NCBI GenBank assembly: GCA_964551375.1 | Contig: CAZKBG010000001.1 | Coordinates: forward strand, 270,001 to 302,000 | Source: an uncultured archaeon | Lineage (GTDB): Archaea > Iainarchaeota > Iainarchaeia > Iainarchaeales > JAAZKV01 | Direction of reading: 5' to 3' | Length of the DNA: 32,000 nucleotides | In this document: positions 8,973 to 17,711 of the stretch, in pieces | Layout of the letters: every line of letters starts with the position of its first letter | Numbering within the stretch: the stretch's first letter is position 1 | Program-made: the position numbers and the translations under genes | The notes under the pieces: model-generated | The model's database searches: none | Seen by the model: the letters and a program-made list of their open reading frames with translations, nothing else | Told to the model about the DNA's origin: nothing

Positions 8973-9671
8973 ATGAATGATAAGGTTATCCTTGACGACA
9001 GAAGCTTTAAGGCTTTGAGCGCGGATTCAAGAGTAAGCATACTAAAAAGCCTTGGCGAGCGAAGACGCACGCTTAGCGAACTTAGCACAAAACTTAACCT
9101 TGGAAACTCGACAGTAAAAGAACACTGCGACATTTTAATTGATGCTGAACTGATTAAGCAGATTGATGAAGGAAGAAAATGGAAATATTACGAATTAACT
9201 TCAAAAGGAAAACAAATTGTTTCGCCTAATTTATTTGATGAAGTCAAAGTCTTAATCGTGCTCTGCTTAGGCGCGGTTTTATTTGGCGGATTTATTATAA
9301 TGATGCTTCAAACCACAATGCTTGGAGCAAGCTCAGGCTCGGCTACGATGGATAAATTTTCTGCAAAAGAAGCATACAATGCGCAGGTGATTTATACAAA
9401 TAACATCGAGGCGCCTGATAATTCAAAAGTTCTTGCCACACAAGCAAGCGGGATGACAAGCGCTCAAATTAGGGACGCTAATGATTTGAATGCACTGCCT
9501 GAAGCGACAGGAGAGATAAAAACTGCTCCAGTTCCATATAACGGCGATGCATACGCGCAGTGCACAATACAGCAAACTCCTTCAACAAGCGTTGAATTTT
9601 ACATTGCAAGCATAGTGCTTGCGCTAATCTTCGGATTATTCATCGGGTGGATATTCACAAGAAGAGCATAG
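8973..9671 (+). CDS. Membrane-integrated ArsR/winged-HTH transcriptional regulator
   Basis: N-terminal wHTH (LSADSRVSILKSLGERRRTLSELSTKLNLGNSTVKEHCDILIDAELIKQIDEGRKWKYYELT), then TM, extracytoplasmic segment and TM. I prefer ATG 8973 over the ORF-caller start at 8913, which overlaps the upstream gene. Confidence 0.8.
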   Translation: MNDKVILDDRSFKALSADSRVSILKSLGERRRTLSELSTKLNLGNSTVKEHCDILIDAELIKQIDEGRKWKYYELTSKGKQIVSPNLFDEVKVLIVLCLGAVLFGGFIIMMLQTTMLGASSGSATMDKFSAKEAYNAQVIYTNNIEAPDNSKVLATQASGMTSAQIRDANDLNALPEATGEIKTAPVPYNGDAYAQCTIQQTPSTSVEFYIASIVLALIFGLFIGWIFTRRA

Positions 9672-9728
9672 CAAATTCAACTTAATAATATTCAGCACAA
9701 AAGAAACTAAAATTAGATTAAAAAAAAT

Positions 9729-10160
9729 CTACTTTAACATGCCAATTACAAAAATTATAATAAGCACAATAATTTCAACTATTATCCCAATAACCAGCAG
9801 CCCGCCAAGCATTTCAATTGAGAAAGTTTTCTTTTCAGCAAGCGGGTTTTCTGAAGGAGCGATTATTGAGTCATCTTTTTCTTTTAAATCATCAAAACCT
9901 TCAATCTCGCCCTCGGTTTTTGTTTCAGTCGCAATAACAGATAAACTTTTTCCAGATTTTTCAACGGTTTTGGACTTAGATTTAGCCACAACTTTTCCGC
10001 CAACTTCCTGAGTGGTTGTTGAAACGGTTGTCTTCTCAAAAGAAGGAGAACTTTCAGCGCTTTTAGGCTTATCTTTGCCTTCAAGCTCAAGCGCAATTTT
10101 AGCAGCCGCCATGAAGTTGTTCTTCTTTTTCTTAACCTGCTTTTTCTTTTTTATTGGCAT
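9729..10160 (-). CDS. Small charged protein with C-terminal TM anchor
   Basis: MPIKKKKQVKKKKNN basic N-terminus, Glu/Lys/Ser-rich middle, hydrophobic tail MLGGLLVIGIIVEIIVLIIIFVIGMLK. Confidence 0.65.
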   Translation of the reverse strand: MPIKKKKQVKKKKNNFMAAAKIALELEGKDKPKSAESSPSFEKTTVSTTTQEVGGKVVAKSKSKTVEKSGKSLSVIATETKTEGEIEGFDDLKEKDDSIIAPSENPLAEKKTFSIEMLGGLLVIGIIVEIIVLIIIFVIGMLK

Positions 10161-10259
10161 AATAGAAACACTGCCAAACTCCCTTAAATACATTACGCTA
10201 AGACAAAAATTAAACCCGAAAAGCATTGGAATAAAAACACATTTACTTTGTCCTTTTAC

Positions 10260-11174
10260 ATGGATGAATATGATGTTGCAATTATCGGAGCGGGGCCCGG
10301 CGGGCTTACTGCGGGCATTTACTGCGCAAGATACGGACTAAAGACAGTAATTATTGAAAAGGGCATAACGGGCGGAACTGCAACACTCGCAAGCAGCATA
10401 CAAAACTACCCTGGATTTGAAGAAACAAGTGGAATCGAGCTGATGATGAAATTTGAAGAACAGGCGAAAAAAGCAGGCGCGACAATTGAAAATGAATCGG
10501 TGGCAAAGATAATTGACAAAGGCAAATCAAAGGAAATACAACTGCAGGAAAAGACAATAAAATCAAAAGTAGTTATTGTGGCGGTTGGAGCAAAAAGCAA
10601 GTGGCTCAAAGTCAAGGGCGAAAAGGAGTTTTTGAACAAAGGAGTTCATTTCTGCGCAACATGCGACGGACCAATGTACAGCGGAAAGGACACTATAGTA
10701 ATAGGCTCTGACAATAGAGCGGCTGATGAGGCAATTTATCTTTCAACAGTGACAAAAAAATCAATGCTAATCAGCCCAAAAAAAGAGCTTACTGCTGATG
10801 CTGCAAAGCAGAAGGCGCTGGCTGACAAAAAAATTGAAATTATGCTTGGCGCAAACGTTTTGAGATTTGAAGGAAAAGAAATGCTTGAAACTGTGGTTAT
10901 AAAAACAGCTGAAGGCAAGGAAAAGAAACTTTCATGCTCAGGGGCGTTTGTTTACATTGGATCTGATCCAAATACTGAATTTGTTAATGTAAAAAAAGAC
11001 GCGGAAGGAAGAATAATTGTAAATTCATCAATGGAGACTAATGTAAAAGGAATACTTGCCTGCGGGGACTGCATTAAAAAAGAACTTTACCAAATAGCCA
11101 CTTGTGTTGGAGAAGGGGCAACAGCGGCATTTATAGCATCACGATACATCCACCACGAAACAGGAAATGAATAA
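10260..11174 (+). CDS. trxB: Thioredoxin reductase-like flavoprotein
   Basis: FAD motif DVAIIGAGPGGLTAGIYCARYGLKTVIIE, redox site CATCDG, C-terminal GILACGDC. ATG at 10260 preferred over TTG at 10248. Confidence 0.88.
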   Translation: MDEYDVAIIGAGPGGLTAGIYCARYGLKTVIIEKGITGGTATLASSIQNYPGFEETSGIELMMKFEEQAKKAGATIENESVAKIIDKGKSKEIQLQEKTIKSKVVIVAVGAKSKWLKVKGEKEFLNKGVHFCATCDGPMYSGKDTIVIGSDNRAADEAIYLSTVTKKSMLISPKKELTADAAKQKALADKKIEIMLGANVLRFEGKEMLETVVIKTAEGKEKKLSCSGAFVYIGSDPNTEFVNVKKDAEGRIIVNSSMETNVKGILACGDCIKKELYQIATCVGEGATAAFIASRYIHHETGNE

Positions 11175-11177
11175 AGC

Positions 11178-11681
11178 ATGAAAACGGAAAATTTATTTCC
11201 AAAAAACAAAAAACAATTTCTTAATTTAATCAAATTTTACAAAACCCTTGCTCCTTTGCTAAAAAAAGCACAAATAAATCCAATTGCGACTGGGAGTCTG
11301 GCTTATTTTATTTATACACAGGACAAAAATACAAAAATAAATGATTTTGATTTCTTAATTCCTCAAAAAAAGCTCCGCCCGCTTATCCTTGCGCTTTTCA
11401 AAGTCAAAATTAAATGCAAATATTTAGATGATTGGAAAAGCATTGAAGTTATGTCCGGGAAATTAAAAATTGATTTTGATTCGTTTGAAAGATATTACAA
11501 AGGCAAGGGCAAAATATTCCAAAACGCAAGCATTCAAAACACCAAAATCAGATTAATTGGGCTTGATGCATTAATAGAAGCTTATAAATTTGCGGCAAGA
11601 GCATCAAACGACAAACCAGCCGAACACAAAAATAAATTTGAGAAACTTGTTGTGTTAAAAAAAGTCAAAAAGCAGCAATAA
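11178..11681 (+). CDS. Nucleotidyltransferase-fold (MNT-like) hypothetical protein
   Basis: IATGSLAYFIY...INDFDFL and KLKIDFDSF give a GS plus DxD plus second D arrangement. Confidence 0.6.
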   Translation: MKTENLFPKNKKQFLNLIKFYKTLAPLLKKAQINPIATGSLAYFIYTQDKNTKINDFDFLIPQKKLRPLILALFKVKIKCKYLDDWKSIEVMSGKLKIDFDSFERYYKGKGKIFQNASIQNTKIRLIGLDALIEAYKFAARASNDKPAEHKNKFEKLVVLKKVKKQQ

Positions 11682-11733
11682 GCACTGCTTTTGATTATTT
11701 ATTTTAATTATTTACCCGCGTTACTTTTCAAAA

Positions 11734-12240
11734 TTACTTTTTCTTTTCCACTCGTTTCGCAATGAAATCCTTTGCCTTAGCGTCATAATCAATCTCTACT
11801 CCGCGAAGCATTCTCTCCACGCGCGGGATTGAAAGAACCGAAATTGTTTTTGAATTTTTTTTGGCTTCAACTGCAACTTCTTCTTTTTCTTTCTTATCAG
11901 CAGCCTGGAAGTCAAATTCCCCGCCAAATACCTGCGCAATTCTGATGAATTTGCTTTTCCCTATTCTTTTCTCAAGCTCTGCGAAAGCTTTTTTTGTAAA
12001 AGCCATTTTTGGCATCTTTTCATATTCATTAATTCTTTTATTTGCCGCTTTTACCAAATCATCAACATCTTTTTTGCTCATTCCGTGAGCAAGGCACCCC
12101 TGCTCAAGAGATTCATAAGCTGAAACGTGGCATCCAATGCAATGAAGACCTGCTTGGGCAAGCACAGGAGCAATTTCAGGATAAACCCCAATTACATCCC
12201 CCAAAATATCAGTTTTCTTTAATCCAACAGATTTAGCCAT
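11734..12240 (-). CDS. DUF1858-like domain protein with extra C-terminal domain
   Basis: ILGDVIGVYPEIAPVLAQAGLHCIGCHVSAYESLEQGCLAHGM matches the DUF1858 pattern. ATG at 12240 is preceded by GGTGA; the TTG at 12264 is less likely. Confidence 0.82.
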   Translation of the reverse strand: MAKSVGLKKTDILGDVIGVYPEIAPVLAQAGLHCIGCHVSAYESLEQGCLAHGMSKKDVDDLVKAANKRINEYEKMPKMAFTKKAFAELEKRIGKSKFIRIAQVFGGEFDFQAADKKEKEEVAVEAKKNSKTISVLSIPRVERMLRGVEIDYDAKAKDFIAKRVEKKK

Positions 12241-12300
12241 ACAGTTATCACCAAACAAATCCAATAAATGAAGATATTTTCATATGTGTTTATAAATGCT

Positions 12301-12330
12301 TTGAAAAACTAAAAAAATCCAAAAAAATCT
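12301..12330 (-). terminator. T-rich termination signal after nth
   Basis: Minus strand reads AGATTTTTTTGGATTTTTTTAGTTTTTCAA directly after the nth stop. Confidence 0.4.
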
Positions 12331-12987
12331 TCACTTAAACCCAATCTTCGGGCACAGCTTTTTTGCATTCAAAAAGCACTCTTTGCAATTTGGATTTCTT
12401 GCTGTGCAAATTGCGCGGCCGTGAGAAATAAACAGCCCGTTAATTTCAGCCCAAACACTTTTATCAAAAATTTCCATTAAATCAATTTCAATTTTATCCT
12501 GCGCATCAAATTTAGTAAATCCAAGACGCTGGGCAAGACGCCATACGTGAGTATCCACCGCAATCCCATGAACTATGCCTTTACTCGCAAGAACTAAATT
12601 CGCTGTTTTCCTCCCAACACCCGGAAGCGCAATAAGAGCGCTCATATTCAACGGAATTTTGCCTCCATGCGAGTTGCGGATTATTTTAAAGCATTCAATT
12701 ACTCTCTTTGCTTTCTGCTTATAGTACCCAGTCGGTTTTATTTCAGCCTCAAAAGTTTTCAAATTAGCATCTGCAAAATCATTTACTGATTTGTATTTTT
12801 TAAAAAGCACTTTGGTTACTTTATTCACCTGCGCATCAGTGCTCTGCGCAGAAAGTATTATTGCGCAAAGCATCTGCGCATCAGTTTTATAATCCAAAAA
12901 AAGCATTGGAACAAGTGAATAATTATTTTTTAGCGCAAAATAAACTTTTTCAGCCCGTTTTTTCATTTGAACTCCGCTTTCAGCCAT
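12331..12987 (-). CDS. nth: Endonuclease III
   Basis: LSAQSTDAQVNKVT, LIALPGVGRKTANLVL (HhH), VDTHVWRLAQRLG and a C-terminal Cys cluster. Confidence 0.95.
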   Translation of the reverse strand: MAESGVQMKKRAEKVYFALKNNYSLVPMLFLDYKTDAQMLCAIILSAQSTDAQVNKVTKVLFKKYKSVNDFADANLKTFEAEIKPTGYYKQKAKRVIECFKIIRNSHGGKIPLNMSALIALPGVGRKTANLVLASKGIVHGIAVDTHVWRLAQRLGFTKFDAQDKIEIDLMEIFDKSVWAEINGLFISHGRAICTARNPNCKECFLNAKKLCPKIGFK

Positions 12988-13004
12988 AAAACCCACACAA
13001 ACTA

Positions 13005-14081
13005 TTAGTATTCAAATAATTTTCTCTGAAGTCCTGTGTTTTGGTCAAAATTTGAAACTCTTACGCCGACTCTTCGCACCATTGACTGCGATTCCTGCAA
13101 AAATTCTTTTAATAACTCATACTCAATTGCCCTTAACTCATCTAAAGTCTCTATTGGCAAAGAATTTGTCCGAGATTTAGTGATTGTTTCCATTTTTTCA
13201 TTAACCACAATCAGCGAAACCGTTTTGAATCTCTTCTTCAAAGCCACAAGCTCCTTGTGCAACAGCTCTGAAAGAAAATCAATATTCTGCTTCACAAAAT
13301 CAAAATCCCTTGAATCGGATTTAATAGTAATCATCCTTGAAAGCTGCTGCTTTTCCCTATTAGGCTCAACCTCGCGCTCATCAATTCCAAAAGCAAAATC
13401 ATAAAACTTTGAGCCGTTTGCTTCCCCAAACCACTCAATCAGCTCGTTTTTATTAAATTTTTTAATATCAGAAACAGCAAGTATGTTGTGTTTCTTAAAA
13501 ATCTCATCGCTCTTTGGGCCAACTCCGTGCAGAGCGGACACTTTCTGCTTTGAAATAAATGAATCTATTTCATTTTGTTTTACAATAAAAAACCCGTCAG
13601 GCTTTTTTACTGACGCGCCCATTTTCGCAAGCAATTTATTCACGCTCAACCCAATACTGCAAGTGAGTCCAAGCTCCGCTTTTATCCTCTGCTTTATTTT
13701 AAGGCATGTTTCTTCAGCTTTTTCAAAACCGCTGGGATTAGTCAAATCAAAATAAGCCTCATCAACAGAAACCTGCTCGACTTTATCGCAAAAGAAATCC
13801 ACGATTTCAAAAACTTTCTGGCTGATTTCTTCATAATATGGCTTATCAGCATTAATGAAAACAGTTTCAGAATTTGAAAGTTTTTTAGCTAAACTTAAAG
13901 GCATTCCTGATTTTATTTTAAGCGCCCTTGCCTCATAATTACAGGTCGCAATTGCCCCTGAATTTTCCCTTAGAGAAGGCATGACAATTACAACAGGCTT
14001 TCCCCTGATTTGCGGTTTTCTCAAAATCTCGCATTGAGCGTAAAAATAATCCAAATCAAGCAATCCAATTATTCGCTGCAT
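13005..14081 (-). CDS. dinB: Y-family DNA polymerase IV
   Basis: LLDLDYFYAQCE, ATCNYEARALKIKSGMP, EQVSVDEAYFDLT and CSIGLSVNKLLAKMGASVKKPDG. Confidence 0.95.
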   Translation of the reverse strand: MQRIIGLLDLDYFYAQCEILRKPQIRGKPVVIVMPSLRENSGAIATCNYEARALKIKSGMPLSLAKKLSNSETVFINADKPYYEEISQKVFEIVDFFCDKVEQVSVDEAYFDLTNPSGFEKAEETCLKIKQRIKAELGLTCSIGLSVNKLLAKMGASVKKPDGFFIVKQNEIDSFISKQKVSALHGVGPKSDEIFKKHNILAVSDIKKFNKNELIEWFGEANGSKFYDFAFGIDEREVEPNREKQQLSRMITIKSDSRDFDFVKQNIDFLSELLHKELVALKKRFKTVSLIVVNEKMETITKSRTNSLPIETLDELRAIEYELLKEFLQESQSMVRRVGVRVSNFDQNTGLQRKLFEY

Positions 14082-14160
14082 AAAAATGACTCTATTGGAA
14101 GAGCTTTTAACCATTCCCAAAAATAACAGAAGTAAGCAAATAACAACAGCAGGCGTGAAA

Positions 14161-14979
14161 ATGAAAAAAGCTCAAAAAGAAAAACTTGTCAAAGAACTTT
14201 ATGAAAAGTACCCTTACCCAAACCGCGCGCATGTAAATCCAAACGAAATAACTTACTTTGCGCAGTGGGTGGCAAAGACTTTTGGAGAAGATAAAGAATA
14301 CTGGAAAGGAAAAACAGTGCTTGAGCTTGGATGCGGGACAGGAGAACTTGCAAGCGCGCTCGCATTAAGCGGAGCAAATGTTACAGCAGTTGATTTTAGC
14401 TCAAGCTCAATAAAACACGCCAAAATTCTTTCAAAAAAACTCCGCACAACAGGAAAAACAAAATTTATTGAAAAAAATATTCTTTTACTCAAAGAAGATG
14501 AATTTGGAAAGGGGAAAAAGTTTGATGTAGTAATTGCCCTTGGCTCGCTTCACCACACAATTGACGCATTTAAGGGATTTGAAATCGCATGCAAATACAC
14601 TAAACCAAACGGGCTTGTAATAATAGGGCTCTATAATAAATATGCAAGATTTAGGCATCTTGTAAAGAGAAGCTTTCTTAGAGTATTGGCTGGAAATGAT
14701 ATTGAAAAGAGAATCAAAGTAGGCGAAAAGCTGTTTGGAAAAAAAGAAAGCGGACAAATGGGCTCAAAATCATGGGCGGCTGACAAGTACGGACAAGTGC
14801 ATGAATCAACCCATTCAGTTGGAGAAGTGCTCCACTGGTTTAAAGAAGAAGGAATTGAATTTATCTCCTCAAAGCCAAAATTTGAACTTGCGGTAATTGA
14901 CGAACTGAGATGGCTTCTTGAGAAAAGAGGCGCGTTTTTTGTAATGGCGGGGAAGAAGAATAAAAAAGCCAAGAATTAG
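14161..14979 (+). CDS. Class I SAM-dependent methyltransferase
   Basis: VLELGCGTGELASALALSGANVTAVDFS and FDVVIALGSLHHTIDAFKGFE; ATG at 14161. Confidence 0.88.
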   Translation: MKKAQKEKLVKELYEKYPYPNRAHVNPNEITYFAQWVAKTFGEDKEYWKGKTVLELGCGTGELASALALSGANVTAVDFSSSSIKHAKILSKKLRTTGKTKFIEKNILLLKEDEFGKGKKFDVVIALGSLHHTIDAFKGFEIACKYTKPNGLVIIGLYNKYARFRHLVKRSFLRVLAGNDIEKRIKVGEKLFGKKESGQMGSKSWAADKYGQVHESTHSVGEVLHWFKEEGIEFISSKPKFELAVIDELRWLLEKRGAFFVMAGKKNKKAKN

Positions 14980-15004
14980 TTTCCTTTAAATTTAGAAACT
15001 TTTA

Positions 15005-16789
15005 TTACTCAATATATCCGCCTTTTTGCATGTTCCAAAGCTTTTTGTATAAACCATCCTGCTTGATTAAATCATTATGCTTTCCAATTGCCACAATTTT
15101 TCCCTTGCTGAGCACTACAATCTTATCCGCGCTCAAAATTGTCGACAAGCGGTGCGCAATCACAATAGTAGTTCTTCCTTTCATAAGGTTAAGAAGCGCT
15201 TTTTGAATCTGGCTTTCAGTAACTGAGTCAAGCGAAGAAGTAGCTTCATCAAGAATTAATATTTTTTTATTTGCGAGGACTGCTCTTGCAATAGAAAGCC
15301 TCTGCCTTTCCCCTCCTGAAAGCTTAATTCCCCTCTCCCCAACATAAGTATTCTCTTTTTCAGGCAGACTTTGAACAAACTCGTCCAGTTGAGCCGCTTT
15401 AAGCGCATTCATTACCTCAGATTTAGACGCATTATCCTTTGAGAAGGCAACATTATTCAAAATTGTGTCATTAAACATTATCCCTTCCTGAGGAACAATG
15501 CTTAATTCGCTCCTTAATGATTCCTGCTTTACTTCATTAATATTTTTCCCGTCAATAAAAATGCTTCCAGAATCAACATCATACAATCTGTAAAGAAGTT
15601 TAATTAGAGTTGTTTTCCCAGAGCCTGAGTAGCCCACAAAAGCAACTTTCTCGTTAGGATTTATTGAAAGAGAAAACTCGCTTATTACTTTCTTTTTATG
15701 ATAAGTGAATGAAATATCCCTAAACTCAATCTTCCCTTTCTTAACACGCATTTCTTTCGCATTAGGCTTGTCAGCAACGTCATTTTTCACTTTATCATAC
15801 TGTATAAGCGACTGAAAATCAGCCATTGCTTCATAAAAGCGCCTTATTCCAAACATGAACGCATACATGGGTTCTGCAACATTTGCATAAATTGTGTAAA
15901 CAAACGCAAGATCCCCAATTGAAAGCTCGCCGTTTAAAAATTTCACAAGCGGGAAGTACAATAAAAACGCAACTCCAATTCCAAAAATAATGCTCTGCCC
16001 CACTTCAACATAGCTTTCATAATCCCAGTTTATAATAAACTTTTTTGTGGAGGTTTGGGCGAGTTTTAAAAAAACCGAGCCAATCCTATCTTCCTTGCCA
16101 TAATATTTTACAGTGTCAATATTAGTGAAAACATCGCTGATTAAACCTTTTTCAGCATCATCAGCTTCGTTTGACTCAATCTTGGGCTTCTGCTGCTTTT
16201 GAGTGACAAACAAAACAAAAAGAATGAAAACAAACATTATGACAATTATTGTAATTGCAGAGAAGACATCAAAGTACAAAAGCGCGACGAACACCACTGA
16301 AAGCTGAATAACAAGCGGAATGCTGCTAAATACTATAAAATCAGTAATTCCTTCAATTGAGCGCGCGCCCCTTGTCATTCTTGCAATTAAAGTCCCCGTT
16401 CTGTTTGTAGTGTGGAATTTATGAGAAAGCCTCACTAAATAATCAAAATACTTTTTCTTCAAATCAAGAATTAATCTTCCATCAAGTCGGTTTAGGAAAT
16501 AATATCTCGCCCAATTGGATACTCCTTTTACCGCAACCACAATCGCATATGCAACCACCACTCCAAGAAGTATTTGGATTAATGCATTTTTTTCAAGAGT
16601 TCCTGAAACAAAACTTGCTCCATTATCAAGAATAATTTTGAACAAATATTTTTCGCCGACAATTGAAAGGCTTGCGAGAAGGACAAATAATGCTATTACC
16701 AAAAAATAAGCCCAGTAAGGCCTAGCAAGTTCGAAGTAATTTTTAAGATTCGCAATGAAATCAATCTTATTCTCTTCATTCCCAGGCAT
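15005..16789 (-). CDS. ABC exporter, fused permease and ATPase
   Basis: N-terminal TM region; Walker A GYSGSGKTT, signature LSGGERQRLSIARA, Walker B ILILDEATSSLD, H-loop IAHRLST. Confidence 0.96.
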   Translation of the reverse strand: MPGNEENKIDFIANLKNYFELARPYWAYFLVIALFVLLASLSIVGEKYLFKIILDNGASFVSGTLEKNALIQILLGVVVAYAIVVAVKGVSNWARYYFLNRLDGRLILDLKKKYFDYLVRLSHKFHTTNRTGTLIARMTRGARSIEGITDFIVFSSIPLVIQLSVVFVALLYFDVFSAITIIVIMFVFILFVLFVTQKQQKPKIESNEADDAEKGLISDVFTNIDTVKYYGKEDRIGSVFLKLAQTSTKKFIINWDYESYVEVGQSIIFGIGVAFLLYFPLVKFLNGELSIGDLAFVYTIYANVAEPMYAFMFGIRRFYEAMADFQSLIQYDKVKNDVADKPNAKEMRVKKGKIEFRDISFTYHKKKVISEFSLSINPNEKVAFVGYSGSGKTTLIKLLYRLYDVDSGSIFIDGKNINEVKQESLRSELSIVPQEGIMFNDTILNNVAFSKDNASKSEVMNALKAAQLDEFVQSLPEKENTYVGERGIKLSGGERQRLSIARAVLANKKILILDEATSSLDSVTESQIQKALLNLMKGRTTIVIAHRLSTILSADKIVVLSKGKIVAIGKHNDLIKQDGLYKKLWNMQKGGYIE

Positions 16790-16854
16790 AAAGAAACACT
16801 AAATATTATCCCTTCCAATTGGTTAATAATTGTAATGAAAAATCAAAAGAGATA

Positions 16855-16950
16855 GTGTGTGTGAAAAAACCACACAATACCTTCACTTCACAATGCCCCT
16901 CTTAAAACAGCGCAAATGCCTGTTTTAAGCCAAAACAGAAAGGAGGGCAA
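16855..16950. ncRNA. Candidate structured RNA or leader element in the divergent intergenic region (hypothesis)
   Basis: Perfect 10-bp stem 16901-16910/16920-16929, alternative 7-bp stem 16920-16926/16932-16938, imperfect outer stem 16894-16902/16941-16949, and GTGTG/CACAC hairpin 16859-16863/16871-16875. Confidence 0.35.
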
Positions 16951-16958
16951 AAGCACGC

Positions 16959-16976
16959 TTTAAATACATTTATAAT
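16959..16976. promoter_or_regulatory. Probable bidirectional TATA region between the ABC exporter and glutaredoxin genes
   Basis: TTTAAATA (plus, 16959-16966) and TTATAAAT (minus, 16968-16975). Confidence 0.45.
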
Positions 16977-17017
16977 AATAAAGCATGAATTAATCTTCAC
17001 TTGAGGTGCTTTTTAAT

Positions 17018-17263
17018 ATGGCTGAAATAATAGTTTATTCAACAGCAACCTGCCCTTACTGCGTAATGGCAAAAAATTTCCTAAAAGAGAAGAAAGTTGA
17101 ATTTGAAGATGTTAATGTCGGCCTTAATCAGGAGAAGGCACGCGAAATGATAAAAAAAAGCGGACAAATGGGCGTTCCTGTAATTGATATTGCGGGCGAA
17201 GTAATAATCGGATTTGACAAACCAAAAATGGAAGCAGCTCTTAAGAAAAAGAAACTTGTTTAA
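17018..17263 (+). CDS. Glutaredoxin/NrdH-like protein
   Basis: IIVYSTATCPYCVMAKNFL and MGVPVIDI; SD-like GAGGTG at 17003-17008 supports ATG 17018 over GTG 17006. Confidence 0.92.
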   Translation: MAEIIVYSTATCPYCVMAKNFLKEKKVEFEDVNVGLNQEKAREMIKKSGQMGVPVIDIAGEVIIGFDKPKMEAALKKKKLV

Positions 17264-17315
17264 ATAAAATTGGTTAAATTACTAAACGGCAACAAATCCA
17301 GAACTGATTGCCTAA

Positions 17316-17687
17316 TTAGCAAGTCACATGAATCAAAGCATTTGCCTTCTGCCCGCGCTTTAAGGTTTCATTTAACCTTTCAATTGCCTGAGGAGTCGGA
17401 AGAACCAAAAGAGCAGTTCTTTGCTTTAGCAGAACTTCAGCATCAGGAGTTAGTTTAGTCATTCCGTCAAAACCTGTGCCGATTATTACTTCCCACGGAG
17501 CGCCTCTTAAAAGTTCCTTTGCTTCGTCAAAATCAATAATATGCCAAGTGCCGTATTTTCTATCCAGCGCGGAATAATTTCTTTCATGCACTCTGCCTTC
17601 AATAAAAAGAATATCTTTTAGCGCGCTTCCATCAAAGCAAATCTTTCCCCATTCAACAGAAAATTTTTCTATTTTTTCCTTTCCCAA
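17316..17687 (-). CDS. Mth938-like (DUF498) domain protein
   Basis: WEVIIGTGFDGMTKLTPDAEVLL...LLVLPTPQAIERLNETLKRGQKANALIHVTC; TTG start preceded by GGTGAG. Confidence 0.85.
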   Translation of the reverse strand: MGKEKIEKFSVEWGKICFDGSALKDILFIEGRVHERNYSALDRKYGTWHIIDFDEAKELLRGAPWEVIIGTGFDGMTKLTPDAEVLLKQRTALLVLPTPQAIERLNETLKRGQKANALIHVTC

Positions 17688-17711
17688 ATATGCTCACCGC
17701 AATTAATTTGA

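Noticed and set aside
11178-12240. Possible toxin-antitoxin pair from the MNT-like gene and its neighbour.
   Set aside because: The neighbour is a convergent DUF1858-type gene, not a HEPN or antitoxin-like protein, and trxB lies on the other side.
16949-17013. AAAAGCAC (16949-16956) is complementary to GTGCTTTT (17006-17013) overlapping the glutaredoxin SD region, suggesting a sequestering hairpin.
   Set aside because: The apparent plus-strand TATA (16959-16966) lies between them, so the upstream arm is probably not in the glutaredoxin mRNA. It would matter only for read-through transcripts.
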